NCBI GenBank assembly: GCA_963816355.1
Contig: CAWFKH010000005.1
Span: 64,001 to 128,000 of the forward strand
From: an uncultured Gemmatimonadales bacterium
GTDB lineage: Bacteria; Gemmatimonadota; Gemmatimonadetes; Longimicrobiales; RSA9
Direction of reading: 5' to 3'
DNA length: 64,000 nucleotides
Each line of letters opens with the position of its first letter. Position 1 is the first letter of the stretch. Under the pieces are notes generated by a model, which saw nothing but the letters and a program-made list of their open reading frames with translations, ran no database searches and was not told the DNA's origin. Shown here piece after piece: positions 34,781 through 45,241 of this stretch. Made by a program: the position numbers and the translations under genes.

Positions 34781-35962
34781 CTAAAACGCCGCGAACCCCG
34801 TCACATCCTGCCCCAGAATCAACCCATGTATGTCATGGGTGCCCTCGTACGTATAGACCGACTCCAGATTCGCCATGTGCCGCATCGCGCCGTACTCGAC
34901 CAGGATCCCGTTGGCGCCGAGCAGCCGGCGCGCCTCGCGCGCGACGTCGCACGCCATGGAGACGTTGGCGCGCTTGGCGAGGGAGACCTGCTGCGGCCGC
35001 AGCCGGCCCTGGTCCTTGAGCCGGCCGAGCTGCAGCGAGAGCAGTTGCCCCTGGGTGATCGCCGTGAGCATGTCGGCGAGGCGGGTCTGCTGGATCTGCG
35101 TCGCGGCGATCGGCTTGCCGTCGAACTGGATGCGTTCCCTCGCGTAGGCGCGCGCCTCGTCGAAGCACGCCATGGCGGCACCGACGGCGCCCCACGCGAT
35201 GCCGTAGCGCGCCTGGGTCAGGCACATCAGCGGGCTCTTCAGTCCGCCGGACCCCGGCAGCAGCGCGCTCTCCGGCAGGCGCACATCCTGGAGCACGAGC
35301 TCGCTGGTGTCGGAGGCGAGGAGCGAAAGCTTCCCCTTCTGGTCGCGGGCGCTGAAGCCGGGTGTATCGGTGGGGACGACGAAGCCGCGGATCGAGCCGG
35401 CGTCGTCGTAGTCGCCGGTCTTCGCCCACACGATCGCGATGTCCGCCATCGAGCCGTTGGTGATCCACATCTTGGCGCCGTTCAGGATCCACGCATCGCC
35501 TTCCTTGCGGGCCATGGTGCGCATGCCGCCGGGGTTGGATCCGAAGTCCGGCTCCGTGAGGCCGAAGCAGCCGATCACCTCGCCCGCGGCCATGCGGGGC
35601 AGCCACTCGCGCTTCTGTTCCTCGCTGCCGAACGCGTGGATCGGGTACATGCAGAGCGCGCCCTGGACCGAAGCGAAAGAGCGGATGCCGGAGTCGCCCC
35701 GCTCCAGCTCCTGCATGATGAGCCCGTAGGCGACGTTGTTCAGTCCCGCGCAGCCGTACTCCTCGGGCAGGTTCGCGCCGAGGAAGCCGAGCTCCGCCAT
35801 CTGCGGGATCAGCTCCTTCGGGAAGCGACGCCCGATGTAGGCCTCCTCGATGACGGGCATGAGGTTGTCGTCGACCCATTCGCGAACGGTGTCGCGGACC
35901 AGCCGCTCCTCTTCAGCGAGGAGCGAGTCGACGTCGAAGTAGTCGATTCCCTGGAATGCCAT
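34781..35962 (-). CDS. Acyl-CoA dehydrogenase, glutaryl-CoA dehydrogenase-like
   Basis: ELERGDSGIRSFASVQ, GCFGLTEPDFGSNP, LNGAKMWITNG, LGANGI..EY..MRHMANLESVYTYEGTHDIH. Confidence 0.92.
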   Translation of the reverse strand: MAFQGIDYFDVDSLLAEEERLVRDTVREWVDDNLMPVIEEAYIGRRFPKELIPQMAELGFLGANLPEEYGCAGLNNVAYGLIMQELERGDSGIRSFASVQGALCMYPIHAFGSEEQKREWLPRMAAGEVIGCFGLTEPDFGSNPGGMRTMARKEGDAWILNGAKMWITNGSMADIAIVWAKTGDYDDAGSIRGFVVPTDTPGFSARDQKGKLSLLASDTSELVLQDVRLPESALLPGSGGLKSPLMCLTQARYGIAWGAVGAAMACFDEARAYARERIQFDGKPIAATQIQQTRLADMLTAITQGQLLSLQLGRLKDQGRLRPQQVSLAKRANVSMACDVAREARRLLGANGILVEYGAMRHMANLESVYTYEGTHDIHGLILGQDVTGFAAF

Positions 35963-36068
35963 GGTGTCCGTCTCTGCTGGGTGTATGGGATCGTGGGCGC
36001 GGGCGCCGGCGGCGCGGCGGCGCCGTCACCGTCGCGGCGGCGTCCCGCCCGCTGCCCGTGTCGCCGCT

Positions 36069-37088
36069 TCAGCGCAGGCGCGCGATTATGGCGTCCGCGA
36101 ACGCCTGCGTGCCGGCGGTGCCGCCGAGGTCCGGCGTGAGCGTCTCGCGGGCGCGGAGCACGGCGCCGAGCGCGGCGCGGATGCGGGCGGCGGCGGCGGC
36201 GTCCGCCCGGATGTGATCGAGCAGCATGCAGGCGGCGAGGATCTGCGCGCTCGGGTTGGCGACGCCCTTGCCGGCGAGGTCGGGGGCGGAGCCGTGGACC
36301 GGCTCGTAGATCGCCGCGTCGCGGCCGATGTTGCCGCCCGGCGCGAGGCCGAGGCCACCGACGAGGCCGGCCATCTCGTCGCTCAGGATGTCGCCGAACA
36401 TGTTCTCCATGACGAGCACGTCGAAGGCGTACGGATCGAGGACGAGCTGCATCGCGGTCGCGTCGATGATGCGGTCCTCGAAGGCGACGCGCCCGTCATA
36501 CTCCTTGGCGATCGCGCGGCCGATGTCGAGGAAGAGGCCCTGCGTGTACTTCAGGATGTTCGCCTTGTGCGCCAGCGTCACCTTGCGACGGCCGTGGCGC
36601 ACGGCGTACTCGAACGCGTAGCGGATGATGCGCTCGGAGCCGAAGCGGGTGATGATCATGACGGACTCGGCCGCCGCGCGCGGGTCGTCGCCCATGCCGA
36701 TGTAGTGTTCGACGCCGACGTAGAGGCCCTCGGTGTTCTCGCGGATCAGGACGAGGTCGATGTCCTCGTAGCGCGAGCCGGGCAGCAGCGTGAGCGCGGG
36801 CCGCACGTTGGCGTACAGGTCGAACTCCTTGCGCAGCGCGACGTTGATGGAGCGGAAGCCGACACCGCTCGGCGTGGTGAGCGGCCCCTTCAGGGCGACG
36901 CGCGTGCGGCGGATCGAGGCGATCGTCTCGTCCGGCAGCGGTGCGTTGCGCTGCTCGAGGGCGGCGACACCGGCGAGCTGGCGGTCCCATTCGATGTCGG
37001 CTCCGGCCGCGTCCAGCACGCGCACCGTCGCGTCCGTGATCGAGGGTCCGATGCCATCGCCGGGTATGAGCGTCACCTCCGTCGCCAT
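36069..37088 (-). CDS. Isocitrate/isopropylmalate dehydrogenase family, probable NAD-dependent isocitrate dehydrogenase
   Basis: IPGDGIGP, KGPLTTP...GFRSINVALRK, RENTEGLY, HKANILK, NMFGDILSD, EPVHGSAPD. Confidence 0.88.
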   Translation of the reverse strand: MATEVTLIPGDGIGPSITDATVRVLDAAGADIEWDRQLAGVAALEQRNAPLPDETIASIRRTRVALKGPLTTPSGVGFRSINVALRKEFDLYANVRPALTLLPGSRYEDIDLVLIRENTEGLYVGVEHYIGMGDDPRAAAESVMIITRFGSERIIRYAFEYAVRHGRRKVTLAHKANILKYTQGLFLDIGRAIAKEYDGRVAFEDRIIDATAMQLVLDPYAFDVLVMENMFGDILSDEMAGLVGGLGLAPGGNIGRDAAIYEPVHGSAPDLAGKGVANPSAQILAACMLLDHIRADAAAAARIRAALGAVLRARETLTPDLGGTAGTQAFADAIIARLR

Positions 37089-37110
37089 CTTCTTCTCCTG
37101 CCCGCCCCGC

Positions 37111-37623
37111 TCAGCGGGGCACGAACTTGGGGTTGTACGAATAGGAGGTGTGCCGCTCCCCCCACTTGACGAGATCGTCGAGCCGCGCCGGGTCCTTCGT
37201 CCCCTCCTGCAGCGCGTGTCCGAGGATGTTCAGGCTGCGACGCCACAGGATGTCGCTCATCGTGTCCCGCGGCAGCAGCGCCCGCGCGATCTCGGCGCCG
37301 CCGGGCCCGACCGTCACCACGCGCACGCCGCCGACGTCCGGGTAGTCGGTGAAGAGCTGCCGCGTCGACGGCGTGAAGAGATAGACGTACGGCCCCACCT
37401 GCGCCCACAGCGAGCCGCCGCGCCGCAGCTCCCCCGTCGGCTGCCGGATCCAGTACTGCACGACGTTGCCGCTGAGGGCGACGCTGTCGACGCCGGCGTT
37501 GCGCGCGAAGAGCGCACGCGCCTGCTCGGGCGTGGGCAAGCGCGGCGCGCGTGGCGACCGGTGGCACGCCGGAAGGAGGAGCGTGAGCAGGAGCACGAGC
37601 AGGAGCGTCGCCGGTCTTCTCAT
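37111..37623 (-). CDS. Hypothetical lipoprotein
   Basis: MRR + hydrophobic stretch + LLPAC lipobox; ATGA overlap. Confidence 0.7.
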   Translation of the reverse strand: MRRPATLLLVLLLTLLLPACHRSPRAPRLPTPEQARALFARNAGVDSVALSGNVVQYWIRQPTGELRRGGSLWAQVGPYVYLFTPSTRQLFTDYPDVGGVRVVTVGPGGAEIARALLPRDTMSDILWRRSLNILGHALQEGTKDPARLDDLVKWGERHTSYSYNPKFVPR

Positions 37624-38255
37624 CGAGCCACCGCTTTCGCGAGGGCGCGCGCCGCGGACGCGACCACGCGCGCGTCACCCGCGGGGCCGCGGTCGCCCCC
37701 CACCACGCCGTACCAGAGCACATCGCCGCCGAACGTGTCGATCAGCGCCGCGGCGATTTCGACGCGCCCCGCGCTCGCACCCCCCGGGCCGGGCACGTAG
37801 GCGGCCGCCACGGGAAGCAGCGCGTAGCGCGCGTCCACGACCGCGCCGAGCCGGCGCAGGTCGCCGAACAGCGGATCGCCGATGCGCTCGACGCGGCCGC
37901 GTCGGAAGCTGGCGACGGCGAGCGCGTCGAGCCGGACGTCGGAGAGCGCCGGCGAGGCGGCGAGGGCGCGCCGCAGGCGGTCGGGGAAGACGAAGGCGAT
38001 GCGGGAGCCGGACTGCGCGAGCCAGTAGCGGATCTCGTCGTCGATGCGCGGCGGCCTCGCCGCGGCGCCGCTCTGCGCCGGCAGGACCATCACGCCGTGG
38101 CCCCCGAGGTCGGGGGCCGGCTGCGACGGCGTCTCGGGGGTCGGAGCGGCGCGGGAAGCGCACGCGGTCGCGGTCCCGGCGAGCGCGCAGAGGAGCGCGG
38201 CGGGCGGCGCCAGGCGGCGGAGCGGCGCGCGTACGGAGGGTCGGCGGATCGGCAC
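37620..38255 (-). CDS. Hypothetical lipoprotein
   Basis: C-terminal part of the 37620..38831 ORF from GTG 38255; Arg-rich N-terminus + ALAGTATAC lipobox-like motif. Confidence 0.6.
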   Translation of the reverse strand: MPIRRPSVRAPLRRLAPPAALLCALAGTATACASRAAPTPETPSQPAPDLGGHGVMVLPAQSGAAARPPRIDDEIRYWLAQSGSRIAFVFPDRLRRALAASPALSDVRLDALAVASFRRGRVERIGDPLFGDLRRLGAVVDARYALLPVAAAYVPGPGGASAGRVEIAAALIDTFGGDVLWYGVVGGDRGPAGDARVVASAARALAKAVAR

Positions 38256-38266
38256 GGCGCGCCGGC

Positions 38267-39121
38267 TCAGAGCAGGTATCCGCCGTCGACCGGCACGACG
38301 GCGCCGGTGACGTGGCGAGCCAGCTCCGAGCAGAGGAAGACGACGATGTGCGCGACGTCCTGGGGGTCGCCGAGCCGGCGTAGCGCGGCACGTTCGCGCG
38401 CGCCATCGAGCACGTCGGCGGGGACGCCCTCGGTGAGGCGTGTGGTCCGGATGTAGCCCGGAGCGACCGCGTTGACGTTCACGTTGGCGGGGCCGAGCTC
38501 GATCGCCGCGGATCGCGTGAGCGCGAGGAGACCCGCCTTCGATGCGGCGTAGTTGGCCAGGCCGAACTCGCTCCGGATTCCGTGCACCGAGCTGACGTTC
38601 ACGATCTTCCCGTATTGCTGCGCGCGCAGCGTGGGCGACACGGCGCGGATCATGTTGAACGCACCCGTCAGGTTCGTGTCGATCACGTCGCGCCACTGCT
38701 CGTCGCTCATGCGCCAGATCGCCCGGTCGCGGGCGATGCCGGCGTTGTTCACCAGGATCTGCAGGCCGCCGAGCCGCTCCGCCGCCTGTTCGACGAACTC
38801 CGTGACCGCGTCGGCGTCGCGCACGTCGCACGCGGCGCAGTGCACGTTCACCTCGAGCATGCGCAGCTCGGCGGCGGTTCGCTCCGCCTCCTCCGCCATG
38901 CCGCCGTCGCCATCGTCGTAATAGTTGAACGCAATGTCGACGCCGTGGGAGGCGAGGTCGAGCGTCACGGCGCGGCCGATGCCGGTCGCGCCGCCGGTCA
39001 CGATGGCGCGGCGTCCCCGCAGGCCGCTGAAGACCGGCTCCGGGTCCGGCTGTTCGGCGACCTCCTCGAGCAGCCGCGCCACGGCCGCGCCCGCCGGCTC
39101 GCGGGCGAGAGAAGGGACCAT
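38267..39121 (-). CDS. SDR family oxidoreductase (3-oxoacyl-ACP reductase-like)
   Basis: TGGATGIG, LVNNAGI, NYAASKAG (YxxxK), [20 protein letters not shown] before ATG 39121. Confidence 0.92.
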   Translation of the reverse strand: MVPSLAREPAGAAVARLLEEVAEQPDPEPVFSGLRGRRAIVTGGATGIGRAVTLDLASHGVDIAFNYYDDGDGGMAEEAERTAAELRMLEVNVHCAACDVRDADAVTEFVEQAAERLGGLQILVNNAGIARDRAIWRMSDEQWRDVIDTNLTGAFNMIRAVSPTLRAQQYGKIVNVSSVHGIRSEFGLANYAASKAGLLALTRSAAIELGPANVNVNAVAPGYIRTTRLTEGVPADVLDGARERAALRRLGDPQDVAHIVVFLCSELARHVTGAVVPVDGGYLL

Positions 39122-39268
39122 GGGCTCCTCACCGCGAACGCTCACCCGCCTCCTGTCCGCTGCGACGGCGCAATCCGGCCGACGCCGCGGGCGGCGCCGC
39201 CGGTGTCAGCCGGCACATTGTACGCGCCGCCCCCGACGCGCAGCAAGCGGCGGGCCCGGCCCCGTGGC

Positions 39269-39952
39269 TCAGGGCGCGGGTGGCGCCTCGCGCCGCTCGG
39301 CGTGGTGCTTGATGTTGCGGCCCTCCACCATGTAGACGACGTCCTCCGCGACGTTCGTGGCGAGGTCGGCGATGCGCTCGAGGTTGCGCGACACGAGGAG
39401 CATGTCCATGCCGGCCGAGATGCGGCGCGGCTCCGACATCATGTGGGTGAGGAGAATGCGGAAGACGTTCTCGTGGAGGCGGTCGACGCGGTCGTCGCGG
39501 CGGACGATGTCGCGCCCGAGCGCGCTGTCGCCGCGGACGTAGGCATCGAGCGCGTCGTTGAGCATGCGGCTCACGAGGCGGACCATCTCCTCGATCTCCG
39601 GCAACGAGGTGAGCGGCGCCTCCTTCAGGATGTACTTCACGTTCTCGGCGATGTTGACGGCGTGGTCGCCCACCCGTTCGAGATCGTTGGAGATGCGCAT
39701 CGCCATGGTGATGAAGCGGAGGTCGCGCGCCATCGGCTGCTGCAGCGCGAGGAGATGGATCGCCAGCTCGTCGATCTCGAGCTCGAGATCGTCGATCTCG
39801 CGGTCGCGCCGGATCACCTCCTCGGCGCGCGCCTCGTCGCGCTGGAGCAGCGCCGCGACGGCGCCCTGCACCGCCGCTTCCGCGAGGCCGGCCATGGCGA
39901 CGAGGCGCGCCTTGAGCCGATCGAGCTCCTCCTGGAAGTGCCGCTGGCTCAT
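39269..39952 (-). CDS. phoU: Phosphate signalling protein PhoU
   Basis: QQPMARDLR...[14 protein letters not shown]...D.RVD...[13 protein letters not shown]. Confidence 0.95.
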   Translation of the reverse strand: MSQRHFQEELDRLKARLVAMAGLAEAAVQGAVAALLQRDEARAEEVIRRDREIDDLELEIDELAIHLLALQQPMARDLRFITMAMRISNDLERVGDHAVNIAENVKYILKEAPLTSLPEIEEMVRLVSRMLNDALDAYVRGDSALGRDIVRRDDRVDRLHENVFRILLTHMMSEPRRISAGMDMLLVSRNLERIADLATNVAEDVVYMVEGRNIKHHAERREAPPAP

Positions 39953-40761
39953 CCGAACCTCCCCGTGATGTACGCTTCGGTCCGGGCCTCGCGCGGATTG
40001 GTGAAGAGGTCGTCGGTCGCGCCGTATTCGACGAGCTCGCCCAGGTAGAGGAACGCCGTGAGGTCCGAGACGCGCGCCGCCTGCTGCATGTTGTGCGTCA
40101 CGATCACCACCGTGTAGTCCTGCTTCAGCTCGTAGATCGTCTGCTCGATCTTCTGCGTCGCGATCGGGTCCAGCGCGGACGCCGGCTCGTCCATCAGCAG
40201 CACCTCCGGCTCGACCGCCAGCGCGCGCGCGATGCAGAGCCGCTGCTGCTGCCCGCCGGAGAGCGAGAGCGCGCTCGCCTCCATGCGGTCGCGCACTTCA
40301 TCCCACAGCGCCGCGCGCCGCAGCGCGTCCTCGACCACCGCGTCCAGCCGCCCCGCGTAGCCGTTCAGCCGCGGGCCGAACGCGACGTTGTCGAAGATCG
40401 TCTTCGGAAACGGGTTCGGCTTCTGGAACACCATGCCGATGCGGCGCCGCACCTCGACCGGATCGACGCTCGGATCGTAGAGGTCGACGCCGCGGAACAC
40501 GACGCTCCCCTCCACGCGGGCGCCGGGGACGAGGTCGTTCATCCGGTTGAGCGCGCGCAGCAGCGTGCTCTTGCCGCACCCGGACGGGCCGATGAAGGCG
40601 ACGACGCGGTTCGCCGGGATCGCGATCGCGACCCGCTTCACCGCTTCCATGCGGCCGTAGTAGACGCTCAGGTCGCGTGTCTCGAGGATGGGGGCGTCGA
40701 CCACCGCGGCGCCGCACTCCGCCTCCACGCCGTCGTCGGGCCGCACTCCGATCTCGCTCAT
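39949..40761 (-). CDS. pstB: Phosphate ABC transporter ATP-binding protein
   Basis: [66 protein letters not shown]. Confidence 0.96.
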   Translation of the reverse strand: MSEIGVRPDDGVEAECGAAVVDAPILETRDLSVYYGRMEAVKRVAIAIPANRVVAFIGPSGCGKSTLLRALNRMNDLVPGARVEGSVVFRGVDLYDPSVDPVEVRRRIGMVFQKPNPFPKTIFDNVAFGPRLNGYAGRLDAVVEDALRRAALWDEVRDRMEASALSLSGGQQQRLCIARALAVEPEVLLMDEPASALDPIATQKIEQTIYELKQDYTVVIVTHNMQQAARVSDLTAFLYLGELVEYGATDDLFTNPREARTEAYITGRFG

Positions 40762-40762
40762 G

Positions 40763-40774
40763 CCGGAATGTAAC
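40763..40774 (-). promoter_or_regulatory. GTTACATTCCGG motif directly before pstB (copy 1)
   Basis: Identical 12-mer also at 43210..43221 upstream of phoB. Confidence 0.45.
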
Positions 40775-40786
40775 ATCGCGCCGCGC

Positions 40787-42340
40787 TCAGCCGACATCGC
40801 CGGCTTCGCGCATCGCCGCGTCCGCTCCGCCGTCGCCGGGCGCGGACGCGGCGGGGAGCACGAAGCGGACGACGGTGCCACGGCCCAGCTCGCTCTCGGC
40901 GTCGACGGTGCCGCCCATGCTCTCCACGAGATGACGCACGATCGAGAGGCCGAGGCCGGTCCCGCCCTCCTCGCGCGAGCGCGCGGGATCGACGCGGTAG
41001 AAGCGCTCGAAGATGCGGCCGACCGCGTCGCGCGGAATCCCCGAGCCGGTGTCCTCGACCTCGATCGCGACGCGCCCGGCCGGCGCCACGACCGCGGGCG
41101 CCTGCGGGGAAGGCCGGCGGAGCAGCTCCGGCGCGCGCGGCCGGGGAGCGACGGCGCCGTCGTCGCCCGCGAGACGCCGGCTACGCACCAAGATCGAGCC
41201 GCCGGGCGGCGTGTGGCGCAACGCGTTGTCGAAGAGGTTGGACAGGATCTGGTGCAGCGCGCCCTCGTCGCCGAGCACGTGCACGTCCGGCGCGACCGCG
41301 GCGCGGAAGGCGACGCCGCGCTCGGCCGCCCGCCCTTCGAGGGCGCGCCACGCCGCGGCGGCGACCGGCGCGAGCGCGACGGCGGCGAGCCGCGGCGTCC
41401 AGCGTCCCGACTCGAGGCGGGAAAGATCCAGCAGGTCGTCGACGATGCGCTGCAGGCGCGCCGCGTTCGCGTGGATCGTGGAGAGGAAGCGGCGCCGCGC
41501 GTCGGCGGGGACGTCGTCGTCGAGCAACGTCTCGGCGTAGCCGCGGATGGAGGTGAGCGGCGTCTTCAGCTCGTGGCTCGCGTTGGCGACGAAGTCGCGC
41601 CGCACCGTCTCCAGGCGCCGCATCTCCGTCAGGTCCACCAGCGTGAGGACGACGCCGCCCGCGAGGCTCGCGGCCGCCGCCGGCTCGGCGACCGGCTCGA
41701 CGGCGACGAAGAGGCTGCGCTCGTCGATGGCGATCTCCTCCGCCGCGGCAGCGCCCTCGCTCAGGGTCCGCGCGACGAGCCGCCGCAGGGCGGGACTGCG
41801 CACGACCGCCTCGTACGGCTGGCCAGTCGCGTCGTGGGGCAGGCGGAGCAGGTGCTCCGCGGCGGGATTCGCCCGCACCACCCGCCCCGCGGAGTTCACC
41901 TGCGCGATCCCCTCGCCGACGGCGTCGAGGAGCAGGCGAAGCTCGTCCCTCTCCGCGCGCAGCCGGTCGATTCGGCGCTGGAGGCGCCCGCCGGCCCGCT
42001 CGGCCGCCGCCGCGAGGGCGTCGATCTCGACCACCTTCGCGGCGTGCCCCGCCGCGGGCCGCTCGGGCAACCGGTCGATCGACTCGCGCAGCCGCGCCAG
42101 CGGACCGGCGAGCCAGCCGCTCACGCGGCCGGCGGCGATGAGCGAGAGGAGCAGCGCGATTCCGCCGGTCCACAGCACGCCCGCGCGCGTATTGTCGACG
42201 AGCGCGCGGGCCTCGGCGGCGCTCAGTCCCGGCACCGCGTGCGTGACGACGTGGGGCAGGAGGAGGTAGGCGAGGACCGTCACGATGACGACGGCGCAGG
42301 ACGCGGCCGCCGCGAAGAGGAGCCGCAGCCGGATGCGCAC
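40787..42340 (-). CDS. phoR: Sensor histidine kinase PhoR
   Basis: Two TM helices, HAMP/PAS-like region, [18 protein letters not shown]-box, [32 protein letters not shown]. Confidence 0.9.
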   Translation of the reverse strand: MRIRLRLLFAAAASCAVVIVTVLAYLLLPHVVTHAVPGLSAAEARALVDNTRAGVLWTGGIALLLSLIAAGRVSGWLAGPLARLRESIDRLPERPAAGHAAKVVEIDALAAAAERAGGRLQRRIDRLRAERDELRLLLDAVGEGIAQVNSAGRVVRANPAAEHLLRLPHDATGQPYEAVVRSPALRRLVARTLSEGAAAAEEIAIDERSLFVAVEPVAEPAAAASLAGGVVLTLVDLTEMRRLETVRRDFVANASHELKTPLTSIRGYAETLLDDDVPADARRRFLSTIHANAARLQRIVDDLLDLSRLESGRWTPRLAAVALAPVAAAAWRALEGRAAERGVAFRAAVAPDVHVLGDEGALHQILSNLFDNALRHTPPGGSILVRSRRLAGDDGAVAPRPRAPELLRRPSPQAPAVVAPAGRVAIEVEDTGSGIPRDAVGRIFERFYRVDPARSREEGGTGLGLSIVRHLVESMGGTVDAESELGRGTVVRFVLPAASAPGDGGADAAMREAGDVG

Positions 42341-42374
42341 GCTCAGACGCCCCGGCGGCCGCGCAGCGCGTACG

Positions 42375-43100
42375 TCAGAGGCCGCTCTCACGAGTCCGGA
42401 AACGATAGCCGAAGCCCCGCACCGTCTCGATCCAGTCGCCCGCGTCGCCCAACTTCGAGCGCAGCCGCTGCACGTGCATGTCGACCGTGCGCGTTTCGAT
42501 CGGGACGTGGATGTCCCACGCGCTCTCCAGCAGCTGTTTGCGCGACTGCACGCGGCCCCGCCGCTCGAGCAGCGACACGAGCAGACGGTACTCCGTGGGC
42601 GTCAGGTCGACCTCCCGCTCGTCGGCGACGACCCGCAGCGCGTCCAGGTCGACGACGACGGGACCGCCGCGCAGCACCTTCGCCGAGCCGGCGGTCGGCG
42701 CCGCGCGCGCCCGGCGCAGCACCGCGCCCACGCGCAGCACCAGCTCCTGCGGGCTGAACGGCTTGGTCAGGTAGTCGTCGGCGCCCAGCTCCAGGCCGCG
42801 GATCCGGTCGGACTCCTCCCGCCGAGCCGTCAGCACGACGATCGGCAGATCGCGCGCCTCATCGCCCCGTCGGATGTCGGCGATCACGTCCAGGCCGCTC
42901 AACCCGGGAAGCATCAGGTCGAGCACGAGCAGGTCCGGGCGCTCGTGGCGGATCGCCTCGAGCGCCTCGTCTCCCGCCGCCACGGTCCGCACCCGATACC
43001 CCTCCCGCGTCAGGTGGTACGCGATGAGGGCGGCGATGTCCCGCTCGTCCTCGACCACGAGGACCTGCGGCGCGGATTCTCGCTGCGCGTTCGCTTTCAT
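42375..43100 (-). CDS. phoB: OmpR-family response regulator PhoB
   Basis: VEDE...LDLMLPG.SG...GADDYLTKPF; LTPTEYRLL...TRTVDMHVQRLRSKL...IETVRGFGY; pho context. Confidence 0.9.
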   Translation of the reverse strand: MKANAQRESAPQVLVVEDERDIAALIAYHLTREGYRVRTVAAGDEALEAIRHERPDLLVLDLMLPGLSGLDVIADIRRGDEARDLPIVVLTARREESDRIRGLELGADDYLTKPFSPQELVLRVGAVLRRARAAPTAGSAKVLRGGPVVVDLDALRVVADEREVDLTPTEYRLLVSLLERRGRVQSRKQLLESAWDIHVPIETRTVDMHVQRLRSKLGDAGDWIETVRGFGYRFRTRESGL

Positions 43101-43209
43101 CGGCCGAATCTCCGGACCGGCGTCGGCCACCCCCCATTGGAGTCGCACGGCTGCACCGCGTCGTTAGGGTTCGGCGAAGAGTTAGCCCCGGCCCGTCAAC
43201 GGACGGTGT

Positions 43210-43221
43210 CCGGAATGTAAC
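43210..43221 (-). promoter_or_regulatory. GTTACATTCCGG motif upstream of phoB (copy 2)
   Basis: Identical to 40763..40774; about 110 nt upstream of the phoB ATG. Confidence 0.45.
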
Positions 43222-43247
43222 GGTTGGAGCACGCGGGCGGGAATCGC

Positions 43248-43868
43248 TCAGTGGCGGACCCGGCCCAGCTCCCGCGCGAGGCGGTGCAGATCGGCGGGGT
43301 CGGTTCCGGCGTAGATGCCGCGGACGCGGCCGCGGCCGTCGATCAGCAGCACCTGGCTGGAGTGCGTGATCAGCGTCGGCGCCTCGGCGTGGGCCGAATC
43401 GGCGGGAGCGCCCCCGGCGCTCACGCCCACATGGAAGCCGTCGAGCAGGAGCGAGCGGAGGCGCGCCGCGGGGCCGGTGAGGAAAGCCCATTCGGCGGGG
43501 CCGCCCTGGATGTGGTAGCGGCGCGCGAAGGCGGCGAGGACCGGCGGCGTGTCGCGCTCCGGGTCGACCGAGAAGGAGACGAAGCGCAGCCCCTTCAGAG
43601 CGCCCGCCGCGCGAAGCGAGTCGCGGAGCGCGACGAGGTTCGCGGTCATGAGCGGACAGACGTCGGGGCAGTTCGTGTAGATGAAGTTGGCGACCCAGGC
43701 GGAGCCGCGGAGCTGGGCGCCGTCGAACGGCGCGCCGTCCTGGTCGGTGAGCGAGAAGGCCGGCGCGTCGTAGTAGACCGGCAGTCCCTCGTGGCGGTGG
43801 GAGAGTGCGAACGCGACGGCAGCGCCGAGAGCGATGACGAGGAGCGCCGCGAAGTGGAGCCGTCTCAC
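43248..43868 (-). CDS. SCO1/SenC family copper chaperone
   Basis: GTGA overlap; FSLTDQDG...FIYTNCPDVCP...SVDPERDTP...W.FLTG...HS....LID..G.VRG.Y. Confidence 0.92.
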   Translation of the reverse strand: MRRLHFAALLVIALGAAVAFALSHRHEGLPVYYDAPAFSLTDQDGAPFDGAQLRGSAWVANFIYTNCPDVCPLMTANLVALRDSLRAAGALKGLRFVSFSVDPERDTPPVLAAFARRYHIQGGPAEWAFLTGPAARLRSLLLDGFHVGVSAGGAPADSAHAEAPTLITHSSQVLLIDGRGRVRGIYAGTDPADLHRLARELGRVRH

Positions 43869-45121
43869 CGCGCGCTCGCCGTACGGGTCGTGACCTCGCG
43901 GCAAGCCGCGTGGATCTCGCCGTCCGTGAGCACGTGGTCGGTCGTCTTGGCCAGCGCGAAGACGGCGTCGCAGAGGGCGCCGTCGGACGGGTCGTAGCCG
44001 TTCTCGCCGAGCCAGCACTTGACGTTCGACATGCCGCTGACGTGACTGATCTCGATCCGTTGCCGGCGGCCGAAGAAGCCGGCGGGGACGCCCGAGTAGA
44101 CGCGGTCGGCGAGCCAGTCGTCGCCCTTCTCCCGCGCCTTGATGATGGCGGCGGCGTGGACGCCGGTGCCGGTGCGGAACGCGTCCTCGCCGAAGACGGG
44201 GTAGTTGGCCGGGATCGGCACGCCCGTCGCCACCGAAACCCGCTCGCAGTACTCCGGCAGGCGCGACAGGTCGTAGTCGTGCAGGCCGAGCAGCTTGAGG
44301 TTCACCAGCAGCAGGTCCATCTCGGTGTTGCCCACGCGCTCGCCGATTCCGAGCGCCGTGCCGTGCACGCGGTCCACCCCCTCCTCCACCGCGGCGAGGG
44401 TGTTCGGGATCGCCAGAGCCCGGTCGCGGTGGCCGTGCCAGTCGATCTTCACGTCCTCGCCGCTCGGCTCCACGATCTCGCGCCGGACGAAACGCACGAG
44501 CTGCCGCACCCCGTTCGGCGTCGCGTGACCCACTGTGTCCGCCAGGCACAGACGGCGCGCGCCGCACTCGATCGCCGTACCGTACAGCCGCTCCAGCGTC
44601 TCCGGCCGCGCGCGCGTCGTGTCCTCCGTCACGAACATCACCCGCAGCCCCTCACCGACCGCGAAGCGCACGGCGTCCTCCGCCGCCTTCAACATGCGCT
44701 CCAGCGTCCACCCCTCCGCGTACTGCCGGATCGGCGAGGAGCCGATGAACGTCGCGGCCTCGATCGCGACGCCGGTCGCCTGCGTGATGCGGGCGATCGG
44801 CTCCACGTCCGCGCGCACCGTCCGCGCCGCGCAGTTCGCGTCGATCGGCAGCCGCTCGCGCGCGATCACCTCCGCCAGCGCCGCGACGTCCGCCGCCGCA
44901 CGCGGCCCGGCGCCCGGCAGCCCCAGGTCGACGGCATGGATCCCGAGCTCGACCATCAGCCGCAGGATCTCCGCCTTGTCCTCGATCGACGGATCCCGCA
45001 CCGACGGCGACTGCAGGCCGTCCCGCAGCGTCTCGTCGTCGAGCTCGACCGGCCGCAGCCCCGCGTAGTCGAACGCGTCGGCCACCGTGTTCCAGTCGTA
45101 GATCAGGTCCTGCTCACGCAT
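43865..45121 (-). CDS. LeuA-like DRE-TIM metallolyase (isopropylmalate/homocitrate/citramalate synthase family), no regulatory domain
   Basis: DETLRDGLQ, EDTTR, LADTVG, HGHRDR, GIGERVGN, GVHAAAI; only 418 aa. Confidence 0.85.
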   Translation of the reverse strand: MREQDLIYDWNTVADAFDYAGLRPVELDDETLRDGLQSPSVRDPSIEDKAEILRLMVELGIHAVDLGLPGAGPRAAADVAALAEVIARERLPIDANCAARTVRADVEPIARITQATGVAIEAATFIGSSPIRQYAEGWTLERMLKAAEDAVRFAVGEGLRVMFVTEDTTRARPETLERLYGTAIECGARRLCLADTVGHATPNGVRQLVRFVRREIVEPSGEDVKIDWHGHRDRALAIPNTLAAVEEGVDRVHGTALGIGERVGNTEMDLLLVNLKLLGLHDYDLSRLPEYCERVSVATGVPIPANYPVFGEDAFRTGTGVHAAAIIKAREKGDDWLADRVYSGVPAGFFGRRQRIEISHVSGMSNVKCWLGENGYDPSDGALCDAVFALAKTTDHVLTDGEIHAACREVTTRTASAR

Positions 45122-45241
45122 CGCTCGCCTCGGCGCATTTCAGGGTCGCACCGGAAGATGCCCGCGCCGGCGGAGCCGTGTCAACGAGCGGTGCGGGCAA
45201 GCGGCCTCCGACCGGCGCGCGGGAGGGCCGCCTCCCCGATC

